Assembly: GCA_963825865.1 (NCBI GenBank)
Contig: CAWGVG010000021.1
Location: 64,001-128,000 of the forward strand
Reading direction: 5' to 3'
DNA: 64,000 bases
Origin: an uncultured Nitrososphaeraceae archaeon
GTDB taxonomy: Archaea; Thermoproteota; Nitrososphaeria; Nitrososphaerales; Nitrososphaeraceae
The notes below the pieces were generated by a model, which saw only the letters and a program-made list of their open reading frames with translations, was not told where the DNA came from and searched no databases. Within the stretch, counting starts at the first letter, position 1. Every line of letters begins with the position of its first letter. Of this stretch, positions 22,022 to 33,755 are shown in pieces. Made by a program: the position numbers and the translations under genes.

Positions 22022-23539
22022 AGTCCATTTGAAAGGGCTGAAAGAGTAGCTAGATTAATTAGAATTGCAATTCCAGGAGTTGGCATAATGCCCATAGTCT
22101 GTTGATATTTGGTTTGCGCTTGCCATGCACCTGAATTAACGATTAAAGTTCCTCGATAATTTTGAACATCTATAATATGGATGTGTCCTGAATGTAATAT
22201 ATCTGGGACCTCAGTAATTACCATCATATCCTCCTGTTCTGGTGCTATAGGGTACGCTTCCCATATATTGGAGATAGATGTCTAGCTTTGAGTAACACCT
22301 TCATTGCCTCTGCTGGCTTTGAGTATGTTAGACCAGGAGTTGTAGCAATAATGTCATCTAAGCTCTGTCCGTGATACATCAATACTTTTACACCATTTAA
22401 TTCTAACAAACTAGGATTTCCAAGCATTGTAAAATTCTCAAAAGTATATAATTTATCAGAATCCTTTCTTGGCAGTGATGGTTGTGGGAAGCTCTTCTAC
22501 CCTGATCATGGTTACCAGGAATTATAAAAACCTTGATATGGTTTGGAATTTTAGCAAGCAAATCTATGGCATGTGTCATTTGCTTGATTGTATCCATTTC
22601 AAGTAATTCTCTATCCTGATTGGGAAATATACCGATACCATCAATTAAATCCCCTCCAATACACACAAACTTGATCTTGCGTACAATTTCATCGTCGGTT
22701 GACGAAAGCCAGTTTAAAAATCTAATAAATTCTGCTTCCATGAAATATTTACTACCAATATGAAGATCCGAAATTAAAACTACATAGGATTCCGATTTTG
22801 ATCTGATTAGGAAGATGATCCGGAATGTCTGGAGAAGTCAGATTCTTTATAACAAACCCTTGGATTTCTTTCTTAATATATTCGACCTCTAACATCACCA
22901 TTTGGTCCAGAGTAAGCATTGAAGCCTGCTTCTTTAATTCATCAGTAACTGTAAGGGCGCTCATAGTTCCGCTGTAGTCATCAATTACTATCTCCAACCC
23001 TTTCTTCCTTGAATGCCTGGACATTAGCAAACCGGCTATGATAGAAGAGGAATTTATACTCAAATCCCTATGAGTGTCGTACTTCTTCTTACCTTTGCAT
23101 TATTTGCTTTCTGTTTTACAGATGCAATTTTTGTAATTCGCTTGCTATCCGGGCGTAATGCTAAGATGCGAAGTGATTTTTCAAACCGACTGCGGAAAAG
23201 TGCAGTATAACCTTCAACTCCCTCTCCAGAGTTAATGCTGAAAGTCGGATCTAAAATTACTTTATGGGAATTCTGCTCGGGAAAAGAATTAACAGCAAGA
23301 CCAATACTATTAACATCATTGGCAGTAATTTTGCTTTCTGGATTGATAAGGTTCTTGATATCCTCAACTACAATAAGAGAACTTTCTTTTTGTTTGATCT
23401 TCATTTTAACAATGTCTTGGATGATCTTTAAAGCATTGGTATCAAGACCTTTGAGCATCGCAAAAGCATCAGGATGTACTTGATATCCATTACTAGTAGC
23501 ATAGGATAGTGCATTAAAAATTTCTCTTTGCAAAGTCAA
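21999..23539 (-). CDS. polB: DNA polymerase D small subunit DP1 (several frameshifts)
   Basis: GDLIDGIGIFPNQ, PGNHD, YHGQSLDD, RHLSP, LHSGHIH, NSGAWQAQT. Confidence 0.94.
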
Positions 23540-23612
23540 GCTAGTTGCTATTTTTTTCTACGGATATCATGTTTAATTACATTTCCATATTTGACAAAAC
23601 TAATTATAGAAT

Positions 23613-24173
23613 ATGATGTCATTATTTTACACATTGAATTTTAATATTAAGCGACGTCTTCTCTATTTGGCATTTGGTGCAACTGCTTTTCTGATTGCTT
23701 ATTCTGCGGGCGCAGCCATTACTATGAATAAGAAGGAAGCAGAGGATCTAAAAGGACAATTTGCTAAACAAATTGTAGGTATTGATCAAAACGGAATTTT
23801 TATCAATAACGTGAAGATTGCGATTGGAATGTTTATTCCTGCAGTCGGGACGGGACTAGGAATATTTTCTGGCTTTTCAACAGGAATGGTATTTAGCGCA
23901 ATGGTAAAAGCGTCTTCTCTTAATAATATTCCTCCACTGATAATTCTACTTACACCATTTGGAATTATGGAAGTTTTTGCTTACGGCTTAGCAATGTCTA
24001 GAAGTGGTATGATCATTTATCAACTTGTAAAGAAAAAACCATGGAGAGAATATGTTATCCCTACACTTATCGAGATCGGAATCGTTGTAGTGGTCTTGTT
24101 TGTAGCAGCCATAATTGAGTGGCAGCTGATAGAACAGTTTGGTAGACTTAATGTCAGTCGTCATAGCATATAA
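23613..24173 (+). CDS. SpoIIM/DUF95-like integral membrane protein
   Basis: IFINNVKIA, PFGIMEV, AAIIE motifs; several TM helices. Confidence 0.8.
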   Translation: MMSLFYTLNFNIKRRLLYLAFGATAFLIAYSAGAAITMNKKEAEDLKGQFAKQIVGIDQNGIFINNVKIAIGMFIPAVGTGLGIFSGFSTGMVFSAMVKASSLNNIPPLIILLTPFGIMEVFAYGLAMSRSGMIIYQLVKKKPWREYVIPTLIEIGIVVVVLFVAAIIEWQLIEQFGRLNVSRHSI

Positions 24174-24292
24174 TTTTAATTAAAAATTGGCTTTTTTTAT
24201 ATAATTTTTCTATATATTAATGGGTTTACTTGAAGCAATCATAACTATAAAAACAGAATACTTTAATAATTTGAAAGAACATATGATTCTTT

Positions 24293-24652
24293 ATGTATGA
24301 AATGCTAAAGGATGAGTCGTTGGCTCTTTTATTGCGGGGCTATGACCTGATCCCTAATAGCCCACTTGTAACTAAGATCGCCGTCTATACTCCTGAGATT
24401 GTGGAGACCATTTTGACAGAACATCCAGAAATCGTCGATCGTTGGCTACAAAAATTACATAAGGAGTATATTGATAACAAAAAGACCTGTGATTTTGATA
24501 ATGACCCAACTGCATGCTTTAACCTTGGAGTATATGAAGAATTTGAGAGAAACCTGAAAAGTTGGGAAGAGGGTGGATTAATAAAATTAATACTGCCTGG
24601 AAATAAAGAAATACGGATCAGCAAGCAGCCAATATTCACGCTTGTAACATAA
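24293..24652 (+). CDS. Hypothetical protein
   Basis: 119-aa ORF with upstream TATA-like tttaata. Confidence 0.55.
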   Translation: MYEMLKDESLALLLRGYDLIPNSPLVTKIAVYTPEIVETILTEHPEIVDRWLQKLHKEYIDNKKTCDFDNDPTACFNLGVYEEFERNLKSWEEGGLIKLILPGNKEIRISKQPIFTLVT

Positions 24653-24846
24653 CCTCCAACTTACTATACGTGGTATCTTTATCGCTAAAAAGGATCTTTA
24701 ATTTTGCATGTGTTTATCTTATAGTTACTTTTGGATATTGGTATGTGTATATTTTCATAAGTGATGAGGCAAAAAGTCAAAGAAAGAACTGTCAATATAT
24801 GATATGCTAAATTAAAAGCCGCAACAAAAAAGTAATGAAGCGTAAG

Positions 24847-24977
24847 TTACGCTTGAGTTTCGCCGCATGCAGGACAAATACGCGAGATTTTCGACATTTT
24901 TGCTCCACATTCAAGGCAGTACTTGGTCGAATTATAGAGTCCTGAACCATGCCAAGAGATTTATTATCTATTGACAT
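24847..24977 (-). CDS. Zinc-ribbon microprotein (probable frameshift)
   Basis: KYCLECGAKMSKISRICPACGETQA*. Confidence 0.55.
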
Positions 24978-25239
24978 AATAATTCAAGATTAACTATATA
25001 TTTAAATGCACTTGCAAAGTCTTGTAACAATAATATTTATCTCGGAAATATGACGAATTCCTTAATATAATTAGAGAAGATGTGAATACTACTTAAAAAT
25101 TTATGAAACTCGTAGATTGCTGCTCACTCATGTATGATTGCTGCCCTGCCTGCTATGGAAATGTTGTAGGCATCAACATCGGATTTCTGGCAAATGATTT
25201 AATGCAAAATTTGTTTGAAGATTTCTCTTAGTGACCCCA

Positions 25240-25963
25240 TCAATCAAATTGCAAATATGTCTGACGCTTTACCTGGTCAATTACCATGACAGAAAGCTCA
25301 CTGAATTCTCTTCCTTCCAAGTCACTGACTTTGCCTTTGAAGACAGTTTCTTTATTCTCTTTCGTTAGGTGTTCAAAAACCCAACTTTTAAGATTTGAAG
25401 TATCAATCCCATTTTTTTTTAAGAAAATTGCAATGTCAGACTGCATAAAGTTTCTTAGAGGGTCTCTAGGCCACGGTCGTGGCAGCAAAATTACACTTTT
25501 CTTATCCATTACAGCTTTGATCAATTCCAATTTTTTTTGCTCAATATCACCCGTTACATGGAAAGTAACTATATGTGCTTTGTCAAGTGGCACCCTGGAT
25601 TTTGCTGCTCCAATCTGAATTGAACTAATACCTGGAATAATTTCCACATTGTCGTCCCCAAATAATTCTAACAACCTATCAACTACTTCAGATTCGGAAA
25701 AATTTACGTCGCCTGTAAAGGGTACAGTTACAACAATCGTTATCCTTCATTACTGTATATGTATCTTGATAGACGTCCTCTTGATTCTTCATGGTGACCT
25801 CTGAAATCTTTTGCATGCTTTTATCAACTACGCCTTCAATGATCATAAGAGCATATCTATATCCTACAACATAGCGGGATTTATGGATGGCGTCTTTAGC
25901 CGCGTCAGTCAAATATTTTGGCGAGCCAGGGCCTACCCCAATAACAAATAGCTTCTTTGACAA
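25240..25963 (-). CDS. cbiE: Cobalt-precorrin-7 / precorrin-6y methyltransferase (frameshifted)
   Basis: VIGVGPGSPKYLT, IIPGISSIQ, FEHLT. Confidence 0.85.
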
Positions 25964-26198
25964 TTACAGTACACAGACATGATATGAAGAAGGGTCATAA
26001 ATTCTTGTGCAGTATGTGCGAATGCCTGTAACTAAAGAGAAATCTCTTGTTTCCCTTAGACTTTTCATTAATATCTCTATTCATATCATATTTGTCATAA
26101 GAACAGTTCTCTAAATCGTGTTACGCGATAATTAGAACAAATGCCCTTCTGCATTATTAATGGTTTTCCTCTTCTATTGTTTTTTAATTTTTCATACT

Positions 26199-26786
26199 CT
26201 ATATAGAAGTTTTAAAAAGGTTGATGAGAGGATTCCAGTCCACATGCTGAAATTCAATTGGATCTTTTGCAGGATACTTTACCCAGCCTTTAACAATTGA
26301 AAACTTGTAGTTTTTTGATTTATCTACCATCTTAACCTTAACTTTAAGTAGTGTCCCCCAGCGTTTCTCTTCAGAGGTAATATCTAAAATCTGGCTAAAC
26401 ACAATCTCACGGTTTTCATCAGACTTATCAAGATCATTTTCTAAATCCTTCACCTTATATCCCTCCAAAGGACGGAATACATTTTCATCTTCCTTGAATC
26501 GTTCAAGTTGTCTTCTGGAGTACACATCGTGTATTCGATAAGTCATATTTGTTTTTGTAATAAAAGCAATGCGTCTATCAGTAATAACAAGCATACCTTC
26601 CTTGCCTCTTTTCATAAAACCCTCCTCTTCGCCCCATACCCAAACTAGATGGGCCTTGATTTGCTCGTCCCAGCCTATCAATATGTCTATACAAATCTTT
26701 TGTATGATTAAAAACTGTTCTCGTCGTCTTGATGGGGAAGAATCAGTAGATGTAACGTTAAATCTTGAACTCAGTTCTGTGCTCAT
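26199..26786 (-). CDS. Hypothetical protein, PH/GRAM-like fold
   Basis: GMLVITDRRIAF motif typical of PH-like domains; start uncertain. Confidence 0.65.
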   Translation of the reverse strand: MSTELSSRFNVTSTDSSPSRRREQFLIIQKICIDILIGWDEQIKAHLVWVWGEEEGFMKRGKEGMLVITDRRIAFITKTNMTYRIHDVYSRRQLERFKEDENVFRPLEGYKVKDLENDLDKSDENREIVFSQILDITSEEKRWGTLLKVKVKMVDKSKNYKFSIVKGWVKYPAKDPIEFQHVDWNPLINLFKTSI

Positions 26787-27122
26787 ATAGCAAATCTGTT
26801 TGTTAATTTTTTAATCTATCTTTGTCACGTGAGATGTTCTCGTTTATGTACATTTTGTACCTTGTTATTCTGGAACATACTTGAGCTTTGGTCTTGGGTA
26901 ATTAGTACATGGCATCAATAAAGTATGTCAGAAAGTCTTTTTACTTCCTCTATTGCCGTCAACAATAATTCTATTATTAAAGAATGATTAGATATTTTGC
27001 CGTTATTAAGCAAATCCATAGGATTTAGCAACTGGAGAGTTGATTCTATTATTTGTTATCGTTGTATACATGCATCATTAATATATTCTATTTGCAATTT
27101 TAGTGAATTATAGTAATAGTCA

Positions 27123-27644
27123 ATGACTAAGATAGGTGACACCTACCGATGGATTTATGGACGTGTGGTAAACAGACCCACCAATTTTAGCTGGGTTATT
27201 AAAGGTAAACTTGCTGGAAGTGGTATGCCTGTGACTTATTCTCAATTTGTATGGGTGGTTACACATGGTATCAAAACGATAGTTACTGTAAGAGAAGTGC
27301 CATTACCATCAAAATGGTTTACTGCTGATAATATCAATAGTGTTGATTATTTTCATCTAAAAGTAGAAGATTACGGTGCTCCTTCTATCGAAGAAATGGA
27401 CAATACAGTTGACTTTATCCAACGACAGATAGCTAATGAAGAACCAGTTATGGTTCACTGCGCTGCTGGTAGAGGAAGAACTGGAACTATATTAGCCGCT
27501 TACCTCCTCAAAGAAGAGAACTTGACATCTGATCAAGCAATCAAGAAAATAAGGAAGATCCGCCCTGGATCTATTCAATCAGATCGACAAGAAATGGTGA
27601 TTTCTATGTATGAAAAATACCTAAAAGACGACGAAAAGGATTAA
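27123..27644 (+). CDS. Dual-specificity protein phosphatase
   Basis: VHCAAGRGRTG CX5R loop, IRPGSIQ. Confidence 0.93.
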   Translation: MTKIGDTYRWIYGRVVNRPTNFSWVIKGKLAGSGMPVTYSQFVWVVTHGIKTIVTVREVPLPSKWFTADNINSVDYFHLKVEDYGAPSIEEMDNTVDFIQRQIANEEPVMVHCAAGRGRTGTILAAYLLKEENLTSDQAIKKIRKIRPGSIQSDRQEMVISMYEKYLKDDEKD

Positions 27645-27871
27645 ACTAAAAAATTTATGTGATTATTTTAAAACCAAGCACTGGCAAAAATAGTGATAAT
27701 ATATCTTCCTGTATTATAAGTAAAATAGCCTATTCAGTAAGATAAAGTAACTACATGAGCTGGATTTGGTGTTATGTATTTTTTATTTATTTATACCACT
27801 AAGAAAACAAAATTTAAGCTTATAAATTTAAAAAAAGGAATTTTTAGGACTTTTTTCTTGGGATGATGATG

Positions 27872-28165
27872 TTAACCTTCTTCCCAGCCCTTTACAAACA
27901 CTGCGTTCTTCTTTAATGGAATCGGTTGTCCTGGTGTATAATCCATTGGTCTCATCCAGAATATTGCCTTTGTTGGGCAAACACCAATACACGCTCCATC
28001 GGAGATACATCGCTCTGGATAGAATACAAAGGCTTTACCTCTCTTCCATCCTTCTACTGGCTTTACTCTCAATACATCTGGACCAAGAGCAGTGCAAATT
28101 TCTACACATAGGGCACAGCCAATACAGTGTTGTTCGCTAATATCCGGAATTATTGCGACTGGCAT
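27872..28165 (-). CDS. 4Fe-4S dicluster ferredoxin
   Basis: CIGCALCVEIC and CISDGACIGVCP. Confidence 0.93.
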   Translation of the reverse strand: MPVAIIPDISEQHCIGCALCVEICTALGPDVLRVKPVEGWKRGKAFVFYPERCISDGACIGVCPTKAIFWMRPMDYTPGQPIPLKKNAVFVKGWEEG

Positions 28166-28656
28166 CTATTTCACTACATTCGATCCATGTTGAAACTATT
28201 TAAACCCTATGCCTGCTGTATAACAGTGATATAAAATTCGTTTTACTTTAAACGGTTTAAACGGAGGTATGAGGCAGAATTGCTGTATCTTACTCTACAT
28301 TTCTGAAATAGCAATAAAACGAAATAATGGGATAACTCATTCTGATCACCACATTTGTATAGAACCTAAAAAGCCTCTTCTACCTCCTGATGATTATATG
28401 TCCCGTAGACCTTGAGAAAAAACAGTAATTATAAAACATTAGTCATTGCAGATAGGTGTTATATGATTCATAAAGCATTATTAATCTGCTTAAAACATAC
28501 TATTTCGCTGCCTACCGCGAAAATTCTATATGATTGAATCCTGATTCTTATAAATTACGAACGTATCATGTAATAAGTAGGCTAGTAGAGGTACATGTGA
28601 GTTGTCTTAACTAAACAAAGAAGCAGACTTTTATATTTACAGCAGAAAAGATTTTC

Positions 28657-29924
28657 ATGTCATATTCCAACTTTTCGAAAATGAGCTTTGACATTTCTGA
28701 AGAGCAGAAAAAGTTTTTGAAGGTAGTAGACAGCACATGCAAGTCAATACGTTCCTATGAAGAAAAATGCTACCTTGAGGAAAAGTCAAATGAAAGGGTA
28801 ATTCCAGAATTTGGAAAAATTGGAATGCTTGGCTGTCCTATATCTACCAAATACGGTGGTTTGGGATTTGATATTCTCACATATGCTCTTGCAATCGAAA
28901 GAATAGGCAAAGAAGGGAGTTCTTTGCGAACCTTCTTTTCAGCTCATACCTCCATAGGTCAAATGGTTCTTCAAGGCTGGGCAACCGAGGAACAAAAGAA
29001 AGAATATCTTCCAAAAACCTCCGATGGCCGAAGTGTCATGGCCTTTGCACTTACAGAGCCTACAGCAGGCAGCAACCCTTCATCTATGATTACAAAATTT
29101 GAAGATAAAGGTGACCACTATGTCTTGAAAGGAAAAAAACATTGGATTGGCAATGGTACGTTTGCTACCATCATGACAACTTATGCAAAAGAAAATGGTG
29201 GCGATAGCCACAATGGAAAAGTATCCGCATTTATCGTCAATGGAGATTCTCTTGGCATGCGAACAGAAGAAATGAAGGACAAGTTAGGGTTATTAACTGT
29301 CAAAAATGCAGAAGTTTATTTTGACAATTGCATTGTTCCAAAGAAGAATTTGCTTGGACAAAAAGGTCAAGGGTTGAACATTGCATACAGCGCATTAATA
29401 GATGGTAGACTTAGCGTAGCTGCAGGTGCAGTAGGAGTAATGAGAGATTGTTTGAAGGAATCAGTTATATATTCAAAAATAAGGGAACAACATGGCTCCT
29501 TGCTAGCTAAAAAACAACTAATACAAGAGCATATTGCCAGAATGGCCGTAAACATAGAAAGTTCTCGCTGGTTAGTATACTGTGCAGCTCGGCAAGACAA
29601 AAGCTTCATGATTATGTCGAACAGTTCAAGACAGAAGATGATGAATGGCAATCGAAATTGAACAAAAGTAACAAGGAGTATTCGATATTAAGGAATGAGG
29701 CAGACAGATTGGCGGCCATTGCGAAATTTCATTCAAGCAATTCTGCGTTTGATTCAGCTAATAGGGCCGTTCAAATTTTTGGATCTTTTGCATATAGAAA
29801 GACAAGTAGGGTAGCAAGACACTTTTTAGATTCACGCGCAATTATGATATATGAAGGAGCAAATGAAGTACTTGAACTAAAAATGGCATCACAAATTCTT
29901 GGAGAAGATTATAGATCTTTCTAG
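28657..29924 (+). CDS. Acyl-CoA dehydrogenase (frameshift near 29590)
   Basis: AFALTEPTAGS, GKKHWIGNG, AVQIFG, IYEGANEV. Confidence 0.92.
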
Positions 29925-30418
29925 TATCAATGTATCTGCTACTACCTATTACCCTAACACTTCTTATTACTGCAACAATGCTTCATTCATTATTGCTTAT
30001 CATTATTGTACCTCCTCTCCCATTATTAGCATACCTACTGAAAAACTAACAAATACTTCCGATATAGAACTAGAGAAATTCCTTTCGGCAAAAGTATTGT
30101 AATATACTACCAATGAAAAAGAAAAATGGTGGGAAAAAGCTCAAGCCTTGTCACCTTCTATTTACAGACTACTGTCATCAAAGACGTCAAATATATCGAG
30201 TCTTAATCTCATCAAGTTAGGCGTCGCGAAAAAAGATAACAATGGTGAATTATGTTATTGTAGAAATTGTTAGTATCTTAAGCAAGTAAACTGGTAATAA
30301 CATGTTTGAATATGTCCTTTTGATATCTATTATAGACATTTGTGCAAATGATTCAACAAAGAAGGTATAAAGTGTATGAACAAGTTAATTATATCGCTTT
30401 TATGGAAATATACAATAA

Positions 30419-31099
30419 ATGCAACTTATAAGGAAACTGGAGATACAATCTAAGAAGAAGGTCATTGAATTTCTAAACAGCCAGCCTGTAGGCAGGATAG
30501 CATCAATAGATGCTAATGGCTATCCAGAGGTGATACCAATGAATTTTGTTTATGTAAAAGCAGACGACCCACGCGTTGATACACACTGCACAATAGATTT
30601 AGATGCAATTTATATGCATTCTCATCCTTTAGGTGAAAAACTTGACAATATTAAAAGAAATTCACAAGTCGGATTCGAAGTTGATCAGCATATCTGCTTT
30701 TTACCGTCATACTATTTTCATCCTACTGATGCGTCACAAGCTGATACTCTTTACATAAGTATAGTTATCAAAGGAAATGCATTGATTGCTGAAGATAATA
30801 AAGAGAAAGCAAAGGCACTCAATGCCCTAATGCAAAAATACCAGAAAGAGGGAAAATATGAAACACTTGACTTCTATATGCCATCCGTCCACGAGGTCAC
30901 AGTGATCAAGATAATTCCAAAAGAAATGCGAGGTAAATATAAAGTAGGTCAACACTGGGCTCCTGCTTATAGATTAAAAATAGCTAAAAATATTATTGAA
31001 AGAGAAGGAAAGGAGCAAGCGAAACAGAGCCTTGAAATTATGGGAATAATGGTTTTGCCCAATGGTAACTTAAAGATAAAAGAAGAACCGTCAATGTAA
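30419..31099 (+). CDS. Pyridoxamine 5'-phosphate oxidase-like FMN-binding protein
   Basis: GRIASIDANGYPEVIPMNF, IYMHS...GEKLDNI...VGFEVD. Confidence 0.88.
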   Translation: MQLIRKLEIQSKKKVIEFLNSQPVGRIASIDANGYPEVIPMNFVYVKADDPRVDTHCTIDLDAIYMHSHPLGEKLDNIKRNSQVGFEVDQHICFLPSYYFHPTDASQADTLYISIVIKGNALIAEDNKEKAKALNALMQKYQKEGKYETLDFYMPSVHEVTVIKIIPKEMRGKYKVGQHWAPAYRLKIAKNIIEREGKEQAKQSLEIMGIMVLPNGNLKIKEEPSM

Positions 31100-31101
31100 T
31101 T

Positions 31102-32312
31102 GAGGCTTGGGCATAATTCCAGATTCGTATTTTTGGCAATGTCTATTGATGAATTAGGATAAAGCTATCCTTTGAGTGTTTGAATTTGTGATGAAACATA
31201 ATCAAACATTCCCAAAGGATAGCATATGGTAGTAGTAAATGTGAATCTATCCTTTTTAGTATTCTGTATTTGATAGGATTGATACCATGGTCAGAATCAC
31301 AAAAAAAGATGAAAAGAAGGAGAAGAAGGGGCAGACCGTATGTCTATTCACCTAGCATAATTCTGAGATGTTTCATAGTAAGACTATGGTTTAGACTGGA
31401 TTCTAACAATGCATTACATAAATTCCTAGAATTGGATTATCCTTACAATAAGAAGATAATGAAAAGATGTGGTCTGAGCCAAATACCAGATAGACGAACA
31501 TTTGACAGACGACTTAAGACCATATCCATAGACATCAAGGAAAGGATTGCTGTCATGACCTGCCTGTTTGTATGCGAAAAGATGATAGATCCATACATTG
31601 TTGCAATAGATAGCACCTTACTCAAGGCCAAAGGATCTGTCTGGCACAAATCATCTATGGAGAATGGAATAGTACCACGTTCAGGTATTGATACTGATGC
31701 AAGGTGGGGATTCAGTCATACTAAAGGATGGATATTTGGTTACAAACTACATATGATATCAAGTACTGGTTTGACTATATTACCATTAGCAGCTGATTTT
31801 ACAACTGGCAACATACAGGATAACCAGATGTACAATCCAATGACATCGTCATCAATGACTACAACTTCTACTATACCAGAAGAAAAAATATGTTACATGA
31901 TAGGCGATTCTGGTTATGATGATCAAAAACTATATGATCTTAGCATAAACAGAGGATTTGAACTGATATGTCCAGTACAGAGGTATGAACATACTCCTGC
32001 TGACAGACTGGAGCTAATCCAATTCTATGAATCTGAGTTAGGACAGGCTATATACTCTTGGAGAAGTAAATCAATAGAACCATTAATAGAGCATATTAAA
32101 TCTGTTTTTAGAATAGACCCATTACCGGTAAGAGGATATCAGATGGCTGCTGGAATAGTACTTCTGTCAGTACTACTGTATCAAATCCTTGTCTACTACA
32201 ATTATAAAACCAGACGTAGTCAACGACCAAAAGCAATCAAACACATGTTATGTAGTTAATGCATCACTAAATGATAGGTGAAAAATGTAGAATTGAATTA
32301 TGCCCATGTCTC
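31102..32312 (+). mobile_element. Insertion sequence (DDE_Tnp_1-type), 1211 bp
   Basis: TIRs GAGGCTTGGGCATAATTC / GAATTATGCCCATGTCTC; 8-bp TSD ATGTAATT at 31094-31101 and 32313-32320. Confidence 0.95.
31270..32259 (+). CDS. DDE transposase
   Basis: AIDST, GYKLH, GDSGYD, R...IEPLIEHIK. Confidence 0.93.
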   Translation: MIGLIPWSESQKKMKRRRRRGRPYVYSPSIILRCFIVRLWFRLDSNNALHKFLELDYPYNKKIMKRCGLSQIPDRRTFDRRLKTISIDIKERIAVMTCLFVCEKMIDPYIVAIDSTLLKAKGSVWHKSSMENGIVPRSGIDTDARWGFSHTKGWIFGYKLHMISSTGLTILPLAADFTTGNIQDNQMYNPMTSSSMTTTSTIPEEKICYMIGDSGYDDQKLYDLSINRGFELICPVQRYEHTPADRLELIQFYESELGQAIYSWRSKSIEPLIEHIKSVFRIDPLPVRGYQMAAGIVLLSVLLYQILVYYNYKTRRSQRPKAIKHMLCS

Positions 32313-32406
32313 ATGTAATTGGTGTTTTTATTTTAATATTGATAATAAATGTTGAGTATGAGTAATAATGTTATTTAAACTCCTGTATGATTTTTTATAA
32401 AAGTTG

Positions 32407-32838
32407 TTAATGCTGACCGCAGATCTGGAATGCAAACATAATGTAGCCGGCAATCTTGCCAGAAAGTCTATAAGGATAGAAGTTGTTAGTATCTTTTGGC
32501 ATAAGCTCGTATTTTAACGCTGCAGCATCTATTTTCGATAACTGTAATTCAGTCAGGCGTTCTTCCAATGTTTTGTTCCAGGGTAACTGAGGAAGCGGAT
32601 TTTTCTTAATGACGATCATTGCAACTATTCTGTTTGGTTCTTCTCTATCAACAATAATAGAATAATTGTGATCACTCTTATCGTCAAATGGGTCTGGCAT
32701 AGTATATGGATCAATTTCAATGTATTTTTCTAGACGATCCCTCAGGGAATCAGCTAATCCACTCATTATAGCAATATCAATTACTGTTAACTTTTTAACT
32801 TCTTCAGGTGTGGGTGGTTTTAGATAAGTTGCTAACAT
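32407..32838 (-). CDS. Hypothetical protein
   Basis: 143-aa clean ORF with TATA-like upstream sequence. Confidence 0.7.
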   Translation of the reverse strand: MLATYLKPPTPEEVKKLTVIDIAIMSGLADSLRDRLEKYIEIDPYTMPDPFDDKSDHNYSIIVDREEPNRIVAMIVIKKNPLPQLPWNKTLEERLTELQLSKIDAAALKYELMPKDTNNFYPYRLSGKIAGYIMFAFQICGQH

Positions 32839-33044
32839 ACATTGTCATAACAATCATCATTATATATTTTTTGATCTAGGTTGAATACTGGTATGGTTGG
32901 AATAAACTTGTTTTGGGAATATGTAAAAGAATGCCAAGTTGCTTTCAAAAGTATTTATTGAATATATATTTTATTCGATATGTATTGTGTGTATTTGCTA
33001 ATGCTGGAAAAAGCATTAAATTGCAATATCTTGTCAAGGACAAT

Positions 33045-33163
33045 GCCGGGTAACCGAAGCTAGGTAAGTCATAGAACCCTAAAAGGGGTCAGCCTCGAGA
33101 TCCAATACTGATGCGCTAGCTGATGTCCTTCGGGACTCGTGGGTTCAAATCCCACTCCCGGCG
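33045..33163 (+). tRNA. tRNA-Ser(CGA) with two introns
   Basis: Acceptor GCCGGG/CCCGGC-G, T-arm GTGGGTTCAAATCCCAC, long variable arm GTCCTTCGGGAC, anticodon stem TCAGC/GCTGA with CGA at 33096-33098; inserts about 33068-33083 (D-arm) and about 33100-33117 (37/38). Confidence 0.9.
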
Positions 33164-33541
33164 CCTTATACACCAATTACCTAAAGCCCAATTATGCTTT
33201 AGTATATCTATTATGATAGATCATAGAATGCTAATATTCTAAATGTATGATATACTACAAACTATATAACAACACACATCTTTTATTCAAAATTTACGTT
33301 TAAAGTACTCGAATACATATTTTCCTTTTTTGGATGAACCAATCACATTGGGAGTTCTGACATTAAAATATTGATAATGGCACATACTATGACCATATTG
33401 GATATGGGCTTATGGGTTGTCTCTGACCTCTACGAAATGTTAAATCTACTATTTTATGTGTTTTATATTAAAATGTAGATAATTGATACATAATTTATAA
33501 TAGATAACTACTAATATGGAAAAAATAAAATGATTATTTAC

Positions 33542-33727
33542 ATGCCAAAGGCACGAATTTCTATTACTATAGATAGCAAAACTGCTCGTGAGATTGAGGA
33601 TTACTATCGCACTAGGGTAAAGACAGCTGCTGAAAATGAAGATTCTATTCCTAAATTATCTAATGTCTATGAAGAAATCGTCATGTTGGGATGGGAATCT
33701 GTAAAGAAGAATCTCAGGAAAAAGTAA
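33542..33727 (+). CDS. Ribbon-helix-helix DNA-binding protein
   Basis: MPKARISITID beta-strand followed by two helices. Confidence 0.72.
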   Translation: MPKARISITIDSKTAREIEDYYRTRVKTAAENEDSIPKLSNVYEEIVMLGWESVKKNLRKK

Positions 33728-33755
33728 AAATCTTTCTATTATCTAACCCATATGA

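Noticed and set aside
28269-28415. 48-aa ORF divergent from the ferredoxin gene
   Set aside because: No recognisable motif; insufficient support
33140-33163. tRNA 3' end as att site of an integrated element
   Set aside because: No duplicate of the tRNA end and no integrase seen in the window
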